Source: a virus. From it: 64,000 nucleotides of DNA. The notes beneath the pieces are model-generated. The model was given only the letters and a program-made list of their open reading frames with translations. It did no database searches and was not told where the DNA came from. Below, in pieces: positions 24,190 to 35,716 of the stretch. Within the stretch, counting starts at the first letter, position 1. Each line of letters opens with the position of its first letter. The DNA lies in IMG/VR virus record IMGVR_UViG_3300032308_002010, positions 96,001 to 160,000 of that record; one strand, written 5' to 3'. The translations under genes were made by a program, and so were the position numbers.

Positions 24190-24543
24190 TTAGCCGTACA
24201 GTTTAAAAATTTTGCGCTTTTTTGGCGCGGCGTCTATCTGTGCTTGGGCGTCGGGCTGTGGTGTTTCTGGCGCGCGTATCCGCACAACATGGGTCGCCAA
24301 GCGTTCGCGCAAATTGATTGCCGCCAACTCTTCATGGCGGCGGCGGGCTTCTTGGCGAAAGTGATCCATGCGGCGTTTTCGTTCTGCGAACCACTGTCGC
24401 TCGCGCTGCAGATCGCGCCACAGCCAATATAAAAACAACCCAGCCACAGCTGTCGCCGATGTAACACCAGCGTAACCGGCAACAGGTACATTATGCGGCT
24501 GCTCAACGCGTTCGGCTGTTGTTGAGTCCGTGTTTGATTGCAT
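24190..24543 (-). CDS. membrane-anchored hypothetical protein
   Basis: One TM segment then a charged helix. Confidence 0.55.
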   Translation of the reverse strand: MQSNTDSTTAERVEQPHNVPVAGYAGVTSATAVAGLFLYWLWRDLQRERQWFAERKRRMDHFRQEARRRHEELAAINLRERLATHVVRIRAPETPQPDAQAQIDAAPKKRKIFKLYG

Positions 24544-25111
24544 AACACGCTGCGCACGCCGGCAAGTATTTTTCTTCGCAACCTAACTCTACGGACGGCC
24601 CGGCTAACGTGGGTTGACCGTCGCACAGCTTAAGGTTGAACACAGCTTTGCGCAAGCAGAATGTACAGATTGTTTTGATTTCTTCAATAGCGTCCGCCAA
24701 CTCTAATAGCCGCTGTGAAGCTGGGAAAAGTTGGCGGCGAAAATCGGTCCGCAACCCGTAGCAGATGACTGGAATTCCATCTCTGTTATATGGCGGATAC
24801 GTGCAGGCGTGCGCTACATTATGCAGCTGATCAACTGCTTCTACGGACAGGAACTGCGCCTCGTCGACGAGAAGGCACACAACGTCATTGAGATCTGGAA
24901 GCTGGCAGGCGCCTGTTGCTGGCACTAATACATCTGCGGGCGCTTCAAGGCCAGCCCGAGTTTTAATGATATCTTTACCGAATCGAACATCTAGCGCGGG
25001 CTTCAGCAACAATACCTTTTTGTTTTGCTGGCGGTAGTTGTGCGCCACCGCCAGCAAATTCATTGTTTTTGCGCTGCCGACCGTGCCGTAGCGAAAATAG
25101 AGTTTAGCCAT
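24503..25111 (-). CDS. tdk: thymidine kinase
   Basis: KLYFRYGTVGSAKT P-loop, VDEAQFL, YGLRTDF, zinc-binding CxxC...CxxC. Confidence 0.95.
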   Translation of the reverse strand: MAKLYFRYGTVGSAKTMNLLAVAHNYRQQNKKVLLLKPALDVRFGKDIIKTRAGLEAPADVLVPATGACQLPDLNDVVCLLVDEAQFLSVEAVDQLHNVAHACTYPPYNRDGIPVICYGLRTDFRRQLFPASQRLLELADAIEEIKTICTFCLRKAVFNLKLCDGQPTLAGPSVELGCEEKYLPACAACYAIKHGLNNSRTR

Positions 25112-25640
25112 TTGCTGTTTTGGCTTTTTCCTTTTCCTTTTTCTTTTCAGCTTTTTCAGCGAGCGCTATGGCGCGTTTAACAAGCAACTTACCGGCCATA
25201 TCTACAAACGGCAAATTACGTTTTGTGGCTTCTTCGCGCAACCAGCCGACGATCATGTCAATATTTTCTTTGCACCACTGAATACCTTTATCGTCCATGA
25301 TGCGAGCGCGCGCGTTGCAGCTACATGTTGGCGAAGCTTTGATACCAATTTTTGACAACAACTTTTTAAGTTCCGCGCCGGCGCCTTCAGACGGGGGCGG
25401 CGGTGGCACATTGACGGCTTGCGCTTGTTCTTGGCGTTTGAGCAATTCTCTTTGTCGCTGGATTGCGATGGCGCGCATCTCTTCGTTAATAGATCTTTTT
25501 TTGGGGTATTTTGCGTGATCCGTGTCGATGGTCCATGTGGCGCCATTTTGATTTACGACGCACGGCATAACTTCGTGCAGCTTGTAACCGCGTTCGGTGC
25601 AACGATCTATTAGCGCTTTTTTATGGCATGTGATAAGCAT
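25104..25640 (-). CDS. conserved phage protein (CSC...WC...IVGWLREEA..R.LPF)
   Basis: Motif recalled from planctomycete prophage-like proteins; adjacent to the Cys-rich giant gene. Confidence 0.7.
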   Translation of the reverse strand: MLITCHKKALIDRCTERGYKLHEVMPCVVNQNGATWTIDTDHAKYPKKRSINEEMRAIAIQRQRELLKRQEQAQAVNVPPPPPSEGAGAELKKLLSKIGIKASPTCSCNARARIMDDKGIQWCKENIDMIVGWLREEATKRNLPFVDMAGKLLVKRAIALAEKAEKKKEKEKAKTANG

Positions 25641-25743
25641 GACAAATTTTAATCCTTGTCAGTTGAACATGGTTATCAGACTTGTTTGCGAAACCGCGGC
25701 CGCAGTCAGACAATAACAATTTTGACTTTTTTTGCAAGGTTGT

Positions 25744-28700
25744 CTATGGCAGCGGATTTGTTTTCAGATCTTCAAGCAGCGTAAACGCTTCGGCGCACGT
25801 AACCGGAAGTTCGCCCGGCCAGTCTATGTTTGGAAGCGAACACACCGATTTTGTTGGGTTGCAGAAAGAACTCGGCCCATCAGTGCCGCCGTTTTTGAGC
25901 GCTTCAGCAGTTACGTCTTCAAATTTGTTATCTACGCACATGTACAATTTAATTTCTGATTGCCCGCCCTCGACGGGGCGATTGCCAAAAAGACTAGCGC
26001 AAAGACAGCAAGTATTGACGCAATATTTAATCCGCACGATATACGCATAGACCGCACCCGCAACCGGATGACAGTTTTTCCAGTTGTTGTTCCCTAAGGC
26101 CGCCACACCAAGTCTTATAGAAGTTATGCCAGCTATACCGCCCTCACGGCCACTGCTTCCGGGCGGGGTTGAAAAAGAACCGTCGGGACAATTTCCGGCG
26201 CACGGATGCGTAACAGAGCTTAAACAAGGATACGTGCCGTTTTCGCAACGCGCGGCGTCTGTCGCGCAGCCGTTACCTTCGCACGGGCACTCTCTGCAAC
26301 CGCCCGCACACACGTTTTTACAAGTCAGCCCAGTAACTTGGCAGTTTTGACACCCGTTATTGGTTGTGCAACTCGGATCGTTCGTGCAGGCGGCCCAACT
26401 ATGCGTTGGCGCCTGTGTCGGGCAGGTGCATTTAAAACCGTTTTTTCCGCAGCAGTCAGTTTTTGTTGCGCAAAAAGTATTACCAGTGGCGAGTTCTGTA
26501 CACACACCTTTGCACGGATCACATTTTGTATTAAACGGAACTAGCTCACACGCAGCCGTGTTGTTGTCTGCGTTCTCTTTACAGCACGGTTTATTGCCGC
26601 AATTGATTGAATCACACGTTTCAAACGGTTGCCAGCCCGTCTGACGATCTGGCGGATCTTGTGCTGCCGCTGCAAGACAATCTTCGTAGTTGGTGCCGAT
26701 GCACTCGCCGTTTATGATATTTCCGCCGCCATCAAAAGTAATCTGACAGCACGCGCCGCACTTAGTGCCGTCGCCGCACTGATCGCTCCACGAGTTTTTT
26801 CCCGGGCCACAATTGCTGCCGTCGTCGCCACAGCAGTTTTGTTTTGTATTGCAGAGTTTGGCGCCAGTTGTGTCTGTGCAGATTCCGTGGCAGTAGTTGC
26901 AGTCGTCATTAAAATCTATGTCGGCGCACGTCACACCGATGCACTGCGAATCTTGACAGCATTTTTTTGTCGCGCATTTAACGGTGTCGCATGTTTCAAA
27001 CGGATGCCACGTTGCAACAAAAAATGGCGGAGCATTTTGGGTTGTGCAATCTTCTTGAGTACCGTTAACGCAGTTTGCCGAAACTACGTTGCCGTCTTCA
27101 TACTCAACAACGCAGCAAACGCCACATTTAGACCCGTCTGCGCAATCGGGCGCCCACGAATGTGTTTGGTCTTGCCCGCACACGCCGCCGCATTTGCCCC
27201 CGTCAGAGCCGCAACAGCTCTCTTTTGACGAACATGATTTCTTGCCGGTTTCAATATCGGTGCAGATGCCTTTACACGGATCGCACTCTTTATTGAAATC
27301 AACATCGACGCATCCGACCTTTTTAGCGCAATCTTCTCCGCAACATTTTTTTGTTGCGCATTTAATAGATCCGCACGTTTCAAATTCGTGCCAAGACGTT
27401 ACTTTATCTGGCGGGTCAGACGCGGCGGTACATGATTTATTCGTGCCTTTTGCGCAACTCGTGCTTTTCAGTTCGCCGTCTTCATAATTAAGCGTGCAAC
27501 ATACGCCACATTTTGAGCCGTCACCGCAAGCGCCGCTCCAGCTGTGTGTCGCAACTTTTTCGCAGGCGCCGCAATTTTCGCCGTTAACTCCGCAGCAATC
27601 TTGTTTTGTTTTGCAAGACGTTTCACCGGTAGCGAGTTCTGTGCATATGCTGCTGCACGGATCACACGTCTCGTTAAAATCGATTTGTATGCAGGTAAAT
27701 ACTGTGCTGCCCGGACATTTTGGTCCGCAGCACGTTTTTGTCGCACATTTTACGGACGCGCATGTTTCAAACGGCCGCCAACTCGCGACGATGTCATCGC
27801 CATTGTCTAACGCTAGGCACGCGTCTTTTGCTATCTTTTGACAGTCTGCAGATTTTATTTCGCCGTCGTCGTCTAGCACTATTTTGCAACAGACGCCGCA
27901 CTCGTTCGCATCTGCGCACGCAGCTGACCATGACTTAGTGGCCACACCACCGCCGCAATCTGTCTGATCTTCGCAGGCTTTACCGTCACCGCCGCAACAC
28001 GATTGTTTTGTTTTGCACGTCTTTGCGCCGCTTGCGATATCCGTGCAAAGACCTTTGCACGGATCACACTCTTTATTGAAGTCAACCTCGACACACGCAT
28101 CTTCGCCGGCGCAGTTTTTATCGCAGCATGTTTTTGTTGCGCACTTTGCCGACTCGCATGTGGCGTTGTCAACCCAGCTGTGCGTAACATTCGGCGCCTG
28201 CCCGAGAGCCTGACATTCTTGTTTTGTTTTTTGTATGCACTCGGCCGCGGTTGTTTTAGTGCCGTCTGTGGTGACTTTACAGCAGACGCCACATTTTTCA
28301 TCGCTGCCGCACGGGCCAGCCCAGCCGGCTTTTTTGGGTATTTTTGTTCCGTCGCTTTTTGTGCATTCTTCGCAATTGTAATTATTGTCGCCGCAACACT
28401 CGGCTTTTGTTTTGCACGTAATTTCACCGGGATTGCCGGCAGCGTCATATGCCGTACATAACCCAGCGCATTCGTCGCAGTCTTTGTTGAAATCAACGTC
28501 AATGCAGGCGTTCTTCCCTGTGCACTCGTCTACATCACAGCACTTCTTTGTTGCACATCGCGCGTTTTCACAATTTGTAAACGGTTTCCACGTCCAAAAC
28601 ACATTTGCGTTTACATTGCCGGCTTCGTTAGCGCACTGATCTTGATCTAACTCTTTGCACTCAACTTTGATAGTTTTGCCGTTGGTATCCGTTGTCACGC

Positions 28701-30966
28701 CGCAACAGACGCCGCATTTCTTAGCATCAGCACACGAGGCGTCCCACGCGAATTTTGCGTGATCGCCGGGGTTGCACGGTTCACACTTTTTACCGTCGGC
28801 GCCGCAGCAATCGTCTTTTGTCTTGCATTTAACGTCTGTTTCATTTCCGTCTTCGTCGTATTCAGTACACAGACCTTTGCATTCGTCGCATTCTTCGTCG
28901 TAGTCGACGTCGATACACTGAGACTTGCCGCATGACGTTTCTTTGCAGCATTTTTTAGCTCGGCATATGACCGAGTCGCATGTTTCGTATTGATGCCATG
29001 TCCCAGTTTTGTTTGGATCTTCATTTATTTCGGCGCATTCTTTGTACGTAATTTCTTGGCACGAGGAATCTACAATTTCTCCATCTTCATAAGTAAGTTC
29101 GCAACATACACCGCATTTTTCGTTTTCGTCGCCAATGTTTGTGCAGATAGGCGACCAGCTGTGTGTCTTACAATCTGCCGGGCCGTTACATTTTTGTCCG
29201 TCGTCGCCGCAGCATGAAGTTTTTGTCGCGCACGATTCCTCGTCTGTTTCAAGCTCAACACACCGCCCTTCGCACTCATCGCAGTCGTCTTCGAAGTCGA
29301 CTGTTTTGCAACCTATTTTACCGGTCTCTTCGCAAATGACCCCGCAGCATTGTTTTGTCGCGCATTTTGTACTTTCGCACGTTTCGAATGCACGCCAACT
29401 TGCCACAATGTTGTCGCCGTTATCTTGAGCTTCGCATTCTGTTTTTGTGGTATCGGATTGGCATTCAGTATCCTCTACACCTGTCCCATCTTCTTTTAAA
29501 GTGATGATGCAACATACACCACATTTTTCTGGGTCAGCGCACGCAGAATTCCAAGAAAACTCTGCAGTGTTTCCTTCTTTGCACGGATCGCCTACACATT
29601 TTGTTCCGTCTTCTCCGCAGCAATCTGACTTTGTTGCGCACCGTTTTTCATTGTCTGCGTTTTTAACACAAAATCCGCGGCATTTATCCTCGCAGTTGTC
29701 TTTGCTAACTTTAACGCAAACAACCTGTTTTGATTCTTCGCATTCAACCTCACGACAACAATTTACGCCATCGCAAACAGAACAGGTCTCGAACGGAAAC
29801 CACGAGCCTTTGCTTTTGCCCATCGGGGTTTTTAAATCTTCACATTCGTCTCGTGTCTTCGGACCTTCGTCGCACTCTTTGCCTATTTCTTTGGTTTCAT
29901 CTTCGTTGTAAACGGTTACGCAGCAAATTCCGCACTCGTCTGGGTTACTTCCGCAGTTGGTTTCTTCCCACAAAAATTTTGCGCCTTCTGGGCACAAAAT
30001 ATTGATACATTTTTCTTCGCCTTCTCCGCAGCAATCTTGTTTTGTTTTACAGCTAGACTGTGGGCATTTGTGATTAACGTCTTGACCTTTTGGCGGACGG
30101 CTAAAAGACAAGTCAGTGCATACGCCAATGCACGGATCACACGTCGCTTTATCGCCGTGCCGGCAGACGGCCCGCGTTTCGTCGCCTAACTCGGCTTCGT
30201 AGCAACAAACAGGATTGCAAATATCTTCGTTGTCTGTATTAGCGTGCCATACGCCGCCGACACCTGCGCCAACCCCAACCGCCGCCTCGCACGTTTCTTT
30301 GGTAATAGGGTCGCCATTTGCGTCTTCTTTCCACGCGCGACCGTTGCGACAGCAAATTCCACAATTAGTGCAGCTAATCGCCTCCCATGCTTGCGGAATT
30401 GTGTGTTTGGGTTCTTCGCCTTCTTCGCCGTTTTTGCAATGCGCAATGCAGCGTGAATTGTCGTCGAGGCAGCACTGCGTTAGTGTGGCGCAATTTACGT
30501 CACGATCATCAATTATTTCTTCGCCGTTTTCGTCATAGGCAAATGTTGTGCACTTACCGGCACAGCGATCGCAATCTTCCGGTTCTGGATAACAACGAAC
30601 TTGCTGACAATCTTTTACTTTTTTGCAGCAAGGTTTATCGCCGCAACAGCATTTGTCGGGGTCTTGCTGCGGCGAACGAGATAAACCGCCGCCAACTTTG
30701 ACAAGCTTTCCGTTTTGAACAATGAATACTGGGTCGCTGTCTTCGCAGTCGGAGCAGCACTCGGCAACGCGCCCGTAAGGCACATTTATCTTGTTGCCGT
30801 TTTTTGGCAGCGTAATTTCTTTATTTCTCGTGCAGTCGGCGGCGCTAATTTTGTTGACGTCATTTTCGCCGGCTTTGAGAATAGGTACGCACGCATTCCC
30901 GCCTTTAACGGGAAATCCCTCGTTGTCGTAGAGGTAGATGCAACAGACTTGTGAGTCGGCGGGCAT
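25744..30966 (-). CDS. 1740-aa cysteine-rich tandem repeat protein (putative fibre/surface protein)
   Basis: Ten CG[VIA]CC-anchored units of ~125-135 aa with ~20 Cys each, plus an incomplete 11th. Confidence 0.9.
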   Translation of the reverse strand: MPADSQVCCIYLYDNEGFPVKGGNACVPILKAGENDVNKISAADCTRNKEITLPKNGNKINVPYGRVAECCSDCEDSDPVFIVQNGKLVKVGGGLSRSPQQDPDKCCCGDKPCCKKVKDCQQVRCYPEPEDCDRCAGKCTTFAYDENGEEIIDDRDVNCATLTQCCLDDNSRCIAHCKNGEEGEEPKHTIPQAWEAISCTNCGICCRNGRAWKEDANGDPITKETCEAAVGVGAGVGGVWHANTDNEDICNPVCCYEAELGDETRAVCRHGDKATCDPCIGVCTDLSFSRPPKGQDVNHKCPQSSCKTKQDCCGEGEEKCINILCPEGAKFLWEETNCGSNPDECGICCVTVYNEDETKEIGKECDEGPKTRDECEDLKTPMGKSKGSWFPFETCSVCDGVNCCREVECEESKQVVCVKVSKDNCEDKCRGFCVKNADNEKRCATKSDCCGEDGTKCVGDPCKEGNTAEFSWNSACADPEKCGVCCIITLKEDGTGVEDTECQSDTTKTECEAQDNGDNIVASWRAFETCESTKCATKQCCGVICEETGKIGCKTVDFEDDCDECEGRCVELETDEESCATKTSCCGDDGQKCNGPADCKTHSWSPICTNIGDENEKCGVCCELTYEDGEIVDSSCQEITYKECAEINEDPNKTGTWHQYETCDSVICRAKKCCKETSCGKSQCIDVDYDEECDECKGLCTEYDEDGNETDVKCKTKDDCCGADGKKCEPCNPGDHAKFAWDASCADAKKCGVCCGVTTDTNGKTIKVECKELDQDQCANEAGNVNANVFWTWKPFTNCENARCATKKCCDVDECTGKNACIDVDFNKDCDECAGLCTAYDAAGNPGEITCKTKAECCGDNNYNCEECTKSDGTKIPKKAGWAGPCGSDEKCGVCCKVTTDGTKTTAAECIQKTKQECQALGQAPNVTHSWVDNATCESAKCATKTCCDKNCAGEDACVEVDFNKECDPCKGLCTDIASGAKTCKTKQSCCGGDGKACEDQTDCGGGVATKSWSAACADANECGVCCKIVLDDDGEIKSADCQKIAKDACLALDNGDDIVASWRPFETCASVKCATKTCCGPKCPGSTVFTCIQIDFNETCDPCSSICTELATGETSCKTKQDCCGVNGENCGACEKVATHSWSGACGDGSKCGVCCTLNYEDGELKSTSCAKGTNKSCTAASDPPDKVTSWHEFETCGSIKCATKKCCGEDCAKKVGCVDVDFNKECDPCKGICTDIETGKKSCSSKESCCGSDGGKCGGVCGQDQTHSWAPDCADGSKCGVCCVVEYEDGNVVSANCVNGTQEDCTTQNAPPFFVATWHPFETCDTVKCATKKCCQDSQCIGVTCADIDFNDDCNYCHGICTDTTGAKLCNTKQNCCGDDGSNCGPGKNSWSDQCGDGTKCGACCQITFDGGGNIINGECIGTNYEDCLAAAAQDPPDRQTGWQPFETCDSINCGNKPCCKENADNNTAACELVPFNTKCDPCKGVCTELATGNTFCATKTDCCGKNGFKCTCPTQAPTHSWAACTNDPSCTTNNGCQNCQVTGLTCKNVCAGGCRECPCEGNGCATDAARCENGTYPCLSSVTHPCAGNCPDGSFSTPPGSSGREGGIAGITSIRLGVAALGNNNWKNCHPVAGAVYAYIVRIKYCVNTCCLCASLFGNRPVEGGQSEIKLYMCVDNKFEDVTAEALKNGGTDGPSSFCNPTKSVCSLPNIDWPGELPVTCAEAFTLLEDLKTNPLP

Positions 30967-30972
30967 GATAGC

Positions 30973-33303
30973 TTAGATATAAAAGCCCGTAATAATCACT
31001 GTCGCGGAATAGTTATCATAACGTGTACCGGGATCTGTTACCCGCAACACAACGTTTTTAATTCCGCTAACAGTATTTGTGAGCGCGGCTGCCGAGTAAA
31101 GACACAATACGCCGCCGGGTGTGTTTAAACTTGAATTGATTGCAACAGGCGTTGGCATAAGGTTTTGATTGTCTGTTGCGTTATAGACAACAATTGTTGG
31201 CCCGGTTAGAGAAGATCCGCCAAGCGTAGTTTGCGCTGTTTCACACAAAACAAACACAGATGTCAGCACAAATGTACCGCCGGCTGTAGTAAATAATAGC
31301 GCGTCTGCGGTGGCGTTTCCTGATGTTTGTAACGCTACGTTTGATAGTTTCTTAGTGACGAGTGCGCTTAGTGTCGCGCTATACGCTTGTACGTCGGCGC
31401 CAATAACTAATTGCGGCCCTGTCGCTCCGCGTGGGCCTGTCGAACCGGTTGAGCCGGTGGGGCCAGCTATTCCTTGTACGCCTGTCGCGCCGCGTGGGCC
31501 TGTTGCGCCTGTTTGCCCGCGCAGCCCTGTAGCGCCTGTAGGTCCGTTGATACCAATATCACCAGTTGAGCCAACGGGACCAGTAGCGCCAACGTCACCA
31601 GCGGGTCCGGTTGCGCCCGTAGGGCCGATCGGCCCGGTTGAGCCCTGCGGACCAGTTACGCCCATAAGCCCCGAAATACCAGATACGCCAGTTGCGCCCG
31701 CGGGCCCACTAGGACCTGTCGGGCCGGACGCGCCAATAACGCCGGTGGGGCCTATTACACCTGTCGCGCCCGTTGCCCCAGCCGCGCCCGTCGCGCCCGT
31801 TAAACCACTTAAACCAGTTGCACCAAGTGCGCCTGTGACTCCTTGGGTTCCGGTTGGACCTGTAACGCCAGTCGATCCGCTGGGTCCAGTAGCGCCCCCC
31901 GGCCCGATTAAAACACCGATGTTGCGCCATGTTGTACCGGTCCAATATAACCCTGTACCGGTTGTCGCATTTAAGGGCAGCTCTAAAGACGTAAGAGCCC
32001 CGGAACCAACAATCCAAATGTCGCCAATTTGCGGTGTTCCTGTTGGCGGCCATACATCAGACGTGCCGCGCATAACAACGCCAACACCTGTCGCGCCTGT
32101 CGCGCCCCGCGGACCTGTTGCGCCGGATAAACCAGTTTCGCCGGTCTGCCCTATTGCGCCGGAAACGCCTGTAGCGCCTGTAGCGCCATTAGGCCCCGTT
32201 GCGCCGTTAACGCCCGTAGCGCCCTGTGATCCAGTTAATCCGGTCGCGCCTGTCGGGCCGGCTACGCCAGTGGCGCCTGCGGGACCTGTTATGCCTGTCT
32301 GACCTGTTGAACCTGTTGCGCCTGTTGGGCCAGCTATACCTGTCGCGCCAGTAACTCCGGCACTACCTGTTGTTCCGGGAATGCCTTGCGCCCCGGTAGC
32401 GCCAGTTGCACCGATATCTCCATTTAAACCAGCAACGCCAGTTGCGCCGGCGACACCAGTGGCACCGACCGGGCCGATTGAGCCCGTGGGACCAGCTGGT
32501 CCGGCGGCGCCTGAAACACCTGCAGGCCCTGTCGCGCCGATGACGCCTGTGGGACCAGCTATACCTGTCGGCCCTGTGGCGCCTTGAATACCCTGCAAAC
32601 CAGCAGGCCCAGAAATACCCTGTAAGCCCTGCGGACCTTGTTGACCGGCAGAACCTTGTAAACCCTGTGGACCGGCAACGCCTGTTGCGCCGGTTGCTCC
32701 TGCTGTACCTGCCGCCCCTGTAGCGCCGTTAATACCCGTGGCGCCTACTGGCCCGGCAATTCCGGTTGCGCCCGTAGCGCCAGACACGCCCGCCGGCCCC
32801 ACACCACCTATTAAACCAGTTGGACCTGCGATACCGGTGGCGCCAGCAAAGCCGCGCGGGCCGGTCGGGCCCGCCGCACCAGCGGCACCTGTAGCGCCCG
32901 TAACACCCCGTACTCCACTCGAACCGGTCGCGCCCGTTACACCGGGCATACCTGACGCGCCAGTAGCGCCTGTGACGCCAGATAAACCAGTTGGACCTGT
33001 AGCGCCAGCTAATCCTGTTTGACCAGTTAAACCGGTCGCGCCACTTGTACCGTGAGATCCCTGCAAACCAGTTGCGCCGGTTTCGCCACGCGGACCTGTT
33101 ACGCCAGTCGCGCCACGAGAACCAGTCGGGCCCATAGCGCCGACAACGCCAGTAGCGCCCCGCGGCCCTGTCGCGCCTGTTGCGCCAAGCGGGCCCTCTG
33201 TTACGCGTAAAGTTGGAAGGGCCGCACCATTTACTTTTTTTTCGACGCTCGACGTTTCTGAATTTTGATTGCCGTCGAAGTTAGTTGGGCGCGTGTCGGT
33301 CAT
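30973..33303 (-). CDS. collagen-like (GXT-rich) fibre protein
   Basis: Hundreds of G-X-Y triplets (GAT/GPT) in two blocks; central WPP...GD.W domain; C-terminal beta domain. Confidence 0.9.
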   Translation of the reverse strand: MTDTRPTNFDGNQNSETSSVEKKVNGAALPTLRVTEGPLGATGATGPRGATGVVGAMGPTGSRGATGVTGPRGETGATGLQGSHGTSGATGLTGQTGLAGATGPTGLSGVTGATGASGMPGVTGATGSSGVRGVTGATGAAGAAGPTGPRGFAGATGIAGPTGLIGGVGPAGVSGATGATGIAGPVGATGINGATGAAGTAGATGATGVAGPQGLQGSAGQQGPQGLQGISGPAGLQGIQGATGPTGIAGPTGVIGATGPAGVSGAAGPAGPTGSIGPVGATGVAGATGVAGLNGDIGATGATGAQGIPGTTGSAGVTGATGIAGPTGATGSTGQTGITGPAGATGVAGPTGATGLTGSQGATGVNGATGPNGATGATGVSGAIGQTGETGLSGATGPRGATGATGVGVVMRGTSDVWPPTGTPQIGDIWIVGSGALTSLELPLNATTGTGLYWTGTTWRNIGVLIGPGGATGPSGSTGVTGPTGTQGVTGALGATGLSGLTGATGAAGATGATGVIGPTGVIGASGPTGPSGPAGATGVSGISGLMGVTGPQGSTGPIGPTGATGPAGDVGATGPVGSTGDIGINGPTGATGLRGQTGATGPRGATGVQGIAGPTGSTGSTGPRGATGPQLVIGADVQAYSATLSALVTKKLSNVALQTSGNATADALLFTTAGGTFVLTSVFVLCETAQTTLGGSSLTGPTIVVYNATDNQNLMPTPVAINSSLNTPGGVLCLYSAAALTNTVSGIKNVVLRVTDPGTRYDNYSATVIITGFYI

Positions 33304-33462
33304 TGTGCTATACCCGCAGACAGAATGCCTGCCCTATAAAATAGCATAATTCACGCGGCCGGCCTAAACGCTGCCGCGACGAGTTTAAATTCTAAATAAA
33401 TACGTGCGCGGCGTTATTGCGCAGTTTACTGGGCAGCGCTAAAGACACCACACGACGCTCTT

Positions 33463-33630
33463 TTAGTTTTCGCGCCGGGTAGTGGCTAGTTCCGCAATTT
33501 TAGCTTGCACTTCTTCCGGCGAGCCGTCAAAAGTTTCAAATATTGTCCAAGTGATCATGTCAGGGTGTACGTCGTCAATAACTGAAATTACTTCGCCGGT
33601 CGCGGAATTGTAAACAAGTCTTTGCATCAT
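33463..33630 (-). CDS. 55-aa protein, possible fibre assembly chaperone (missed by ORF track)
   Basis: MMQRLVYNSATGEVISVIDD...; ATGA overlap with the stop of the tail-fibre gene. Confidence 0.65.
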   Translation of the reverse strand: MMQRLVYNSATGEVISVIDDVHPDMITWTIFETFDGSPEEVQAKIAELATTRREN

Positions 33631-35570
33631 AGATTCACCGATACCGTCACGCCACGAGTGACAAGTGTCTTTAAAGAGTTATTTGCTTTGAGAATAGTCG
33701 CGGTGCCGGTGCCGGCGGCTGTTTGCGATGTGATTGTATATGTAAACTGATTCGCGTTGACCACAGTGATGATCGCAATTCTGTTTGCGTTGGTCGCGGT
33801 TTGAACATTGGCTATACGCAGCACGTCACCTGTTACATATCCGTGATTTGTCATATTGACCGTGCAGGTTGTTCCAGAACAGGAGAGGTTGGGAAGCGTT
33901 GGCGAAGTTTGTAGCGTCACGTTGGTGGTAGAACCACTGGGCGGCGAATTGCCGTGAATCACGACAGCAACCTGACCAGCCACGTAGTTCGTGCCGCCGT
34001 TGGTGATTGTAAACGAAGATACAGCGTTACCGGTGAGGATTGCTGCAGCGCCAGCATTAGTTCCTGAACTCGCCCCGTTCAGTCGTATGATTGTGACGGT
34101 TGGAGCGCTAGTGTATCGCTGTCCGCCGTTGGTGACTGTGATTCCCGTGATCACACCACCAGACACAGTAGCGGTTGCCGTCGCCCCCCAGCCGTTAGAA
34201 GTGTTTGATAAGTTTACATTTCTTCCTGTTCCGTAAGTCATCGTGCCGTTTGTGCCGTCAAGCGCCGCGAGTTTGTCTAAAATGTGATTGACGGCTGTTT
34301 GTGTTAGCGCGGTATTTGTAGCAGAAATGTCACCAATTGCTTTTAAATTGCCGACCGTAAAATTTTGCAAACCATTGGGAAGCGTTATGTTATTGCTGAG
34401 GTGTTCCAGCGCTGGCAAATTTAGTGTCTGCAGCGCACTGGTAATGTTTATGCTTGACGCACTTTTAAGTGCTGGGGCCGACAGGGCGTTCATGTACGAG
34501 CCAGCGACTTGAATGCCGTTTCCTCCGACATACGTCAGCACAGGGAGCGACAGCGAACTGTAAGACGTCAAGCTCGACGTGCTGATCCCGCCCTGCGCCC
34601 ACTCTAACGCAGGAAACGATAGTGCGCCGCTTTGCAAAGTTGACGTACTAATTGTGCTTATTGTAAAACCTACCTGCCCTAGCGCGCGGAGAACTGGGAG
34701 ACTGATTGAACCAAGCCCCATAGGAAAAGCACCGTAACTTAAATTAATGCCACCGGCATATATCAACGCCGGACAAGATACGGCGGTGCCGACGGTATTA
34801 GTGTTGTAGTTAGGCAATAAAGACAGCGTGCCGACAACGCCCTCCAAATCCCCAAAGGTCAAGCTTGCGGTGGAGTTTGCGGCGGTTTGCACACTAAGCG
34901 CAGACACCCATTTCCCAGTGTAGGCTACCGCGCCGGAAGACAGCAGTAAAGTTAGCGGCTGCGAAAACGCATAAAAAATTTCTGGCATCGCGCCGGTTGC
35001 GGTGATTTGTAACGCGGATGTGGCCGCGGCGGGGGACGCACCGAGCGTTGTTAACATAGCCGCTGCTGTAGTGTCGTCCAGCAGGTTTCGCGCGGCGGCA
35101 GTACATGTAATTTCTTCAACTACGCCAGCGCCAGCAGTAGACCGCCCCAGCAACCTATCTGTAGCCGACACATTTTGCATCTTGGCGTACGTAACACCGG
35201 CGTCGGCAATATCGGCCGTCACAACAGCGCCCGCATTAATCGTCCACGTTTCGCCCGCAGCAGAAACGGTGATGTCGCCTTTGTTGCCGTTTGTTACGTT
35301 ACCGGAACCATAGGCAAGTGAGTTCCACGCAGTCGTGCCGTCACCGATCTTCCAGCGGCGAGTGTCTGTTTCGTATGCAACCTCACCTGCCGCTAGCACA
35401 GGATTTGTAACGGCAATATTGGCGGCTGTATCGCGCCTATTTTGAATTGTCGGCAGCGGTGACGACGAAGACGCAATAACGCCGCAGTTGATGACAAGCG
35501 CGTTGTTAATTTTTGCCGTCGTAATCGCAGCGTCGGCGATGCCGTCTGATTGTATGCGTTGTCGTGTCAT
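33627..35570 (-). CDS. tail fibre/receptor-binding protein with Mtd-N-like domain and LRR-like repeats
   Basis: IQNRRDTAAN....NPVLAAGEVAYETDT..WKIGDG..AWNSL; repeated LSLPxL units. Confidence 0.8.
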   Translation of the reverse strand: MTRQRIQSDGIADAAITTAKINNALVINCGVIASSSSPLPTIQNRRDTAANIAVTNPVLAAGEVAYETDTRRWKIGDGTTAWNSLAYGSGNVTNGNKGDITVSAAGETWTINAGAVVTADIADAGVTYAKMQNVSATDRLLGRSTAGAGVVEEITCTAAARNLLDDTTAAAMLTTLGASPAAATSALQITATGAMPEIFYAFSQPLTLLLSSGAVAYTGKWVSALSVQTAANSTASLTFGDLEGVVGTLSLLPNYNTNTVGTAVSCPALIYAGGINLSYGAFPMGLGSISLPVLRALGQVGFTISTISTSTLQSGALSFPALEWAQGGISTSSLTSYSSLSLPVLTYVGGNGIQVAGSYMNALSAPALKSASSINITSALQTLNLPALEHLSNNITLPNGLQNFTVGNLKAIGDISATNTALTQTAVNHILDKLAALDGTNGTMTYGTGRNVNLSNTSNGWGATATATVSGGVITGITVTNGGQRYTSAPTVTIIRLNGASSGTNAGAAAILTGNAVSSFTITNGGTNYVAGQVAVVIHGNSPPSGSTTNVTLQTSPTLPNLSCSGTTCTVNMTNHGYVTGDVLRIANVQTATNANRIAIITVVNANQFTYTITSQTAAGTGTATILKANNSLKTLVTRGVTVSVNL

Positions 35571-35716
35571 GCAAGTATTTTACCTATTAAGCGGCGTATC
35601 GCAACACGGTATTTTAGTGGCAAAACAAGTAAACATCGAGCCCAAAGGCTGTAGCGGCGTACGCCAAAATAACGTATCATTTCTCGGGCTGTTTTACGCT
35701 AACAAATCGGAGAGGT

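Noticed and set aside
25700-30960. CRISPR array or DGR template in the repeat-rich regions
   Set aside because: The repeats are in-frame protein repeats with synonymous divergence. There are no identical repeat-spacer units, no adenine-specific VR/TR pair and no reverse transcriptase in the window.
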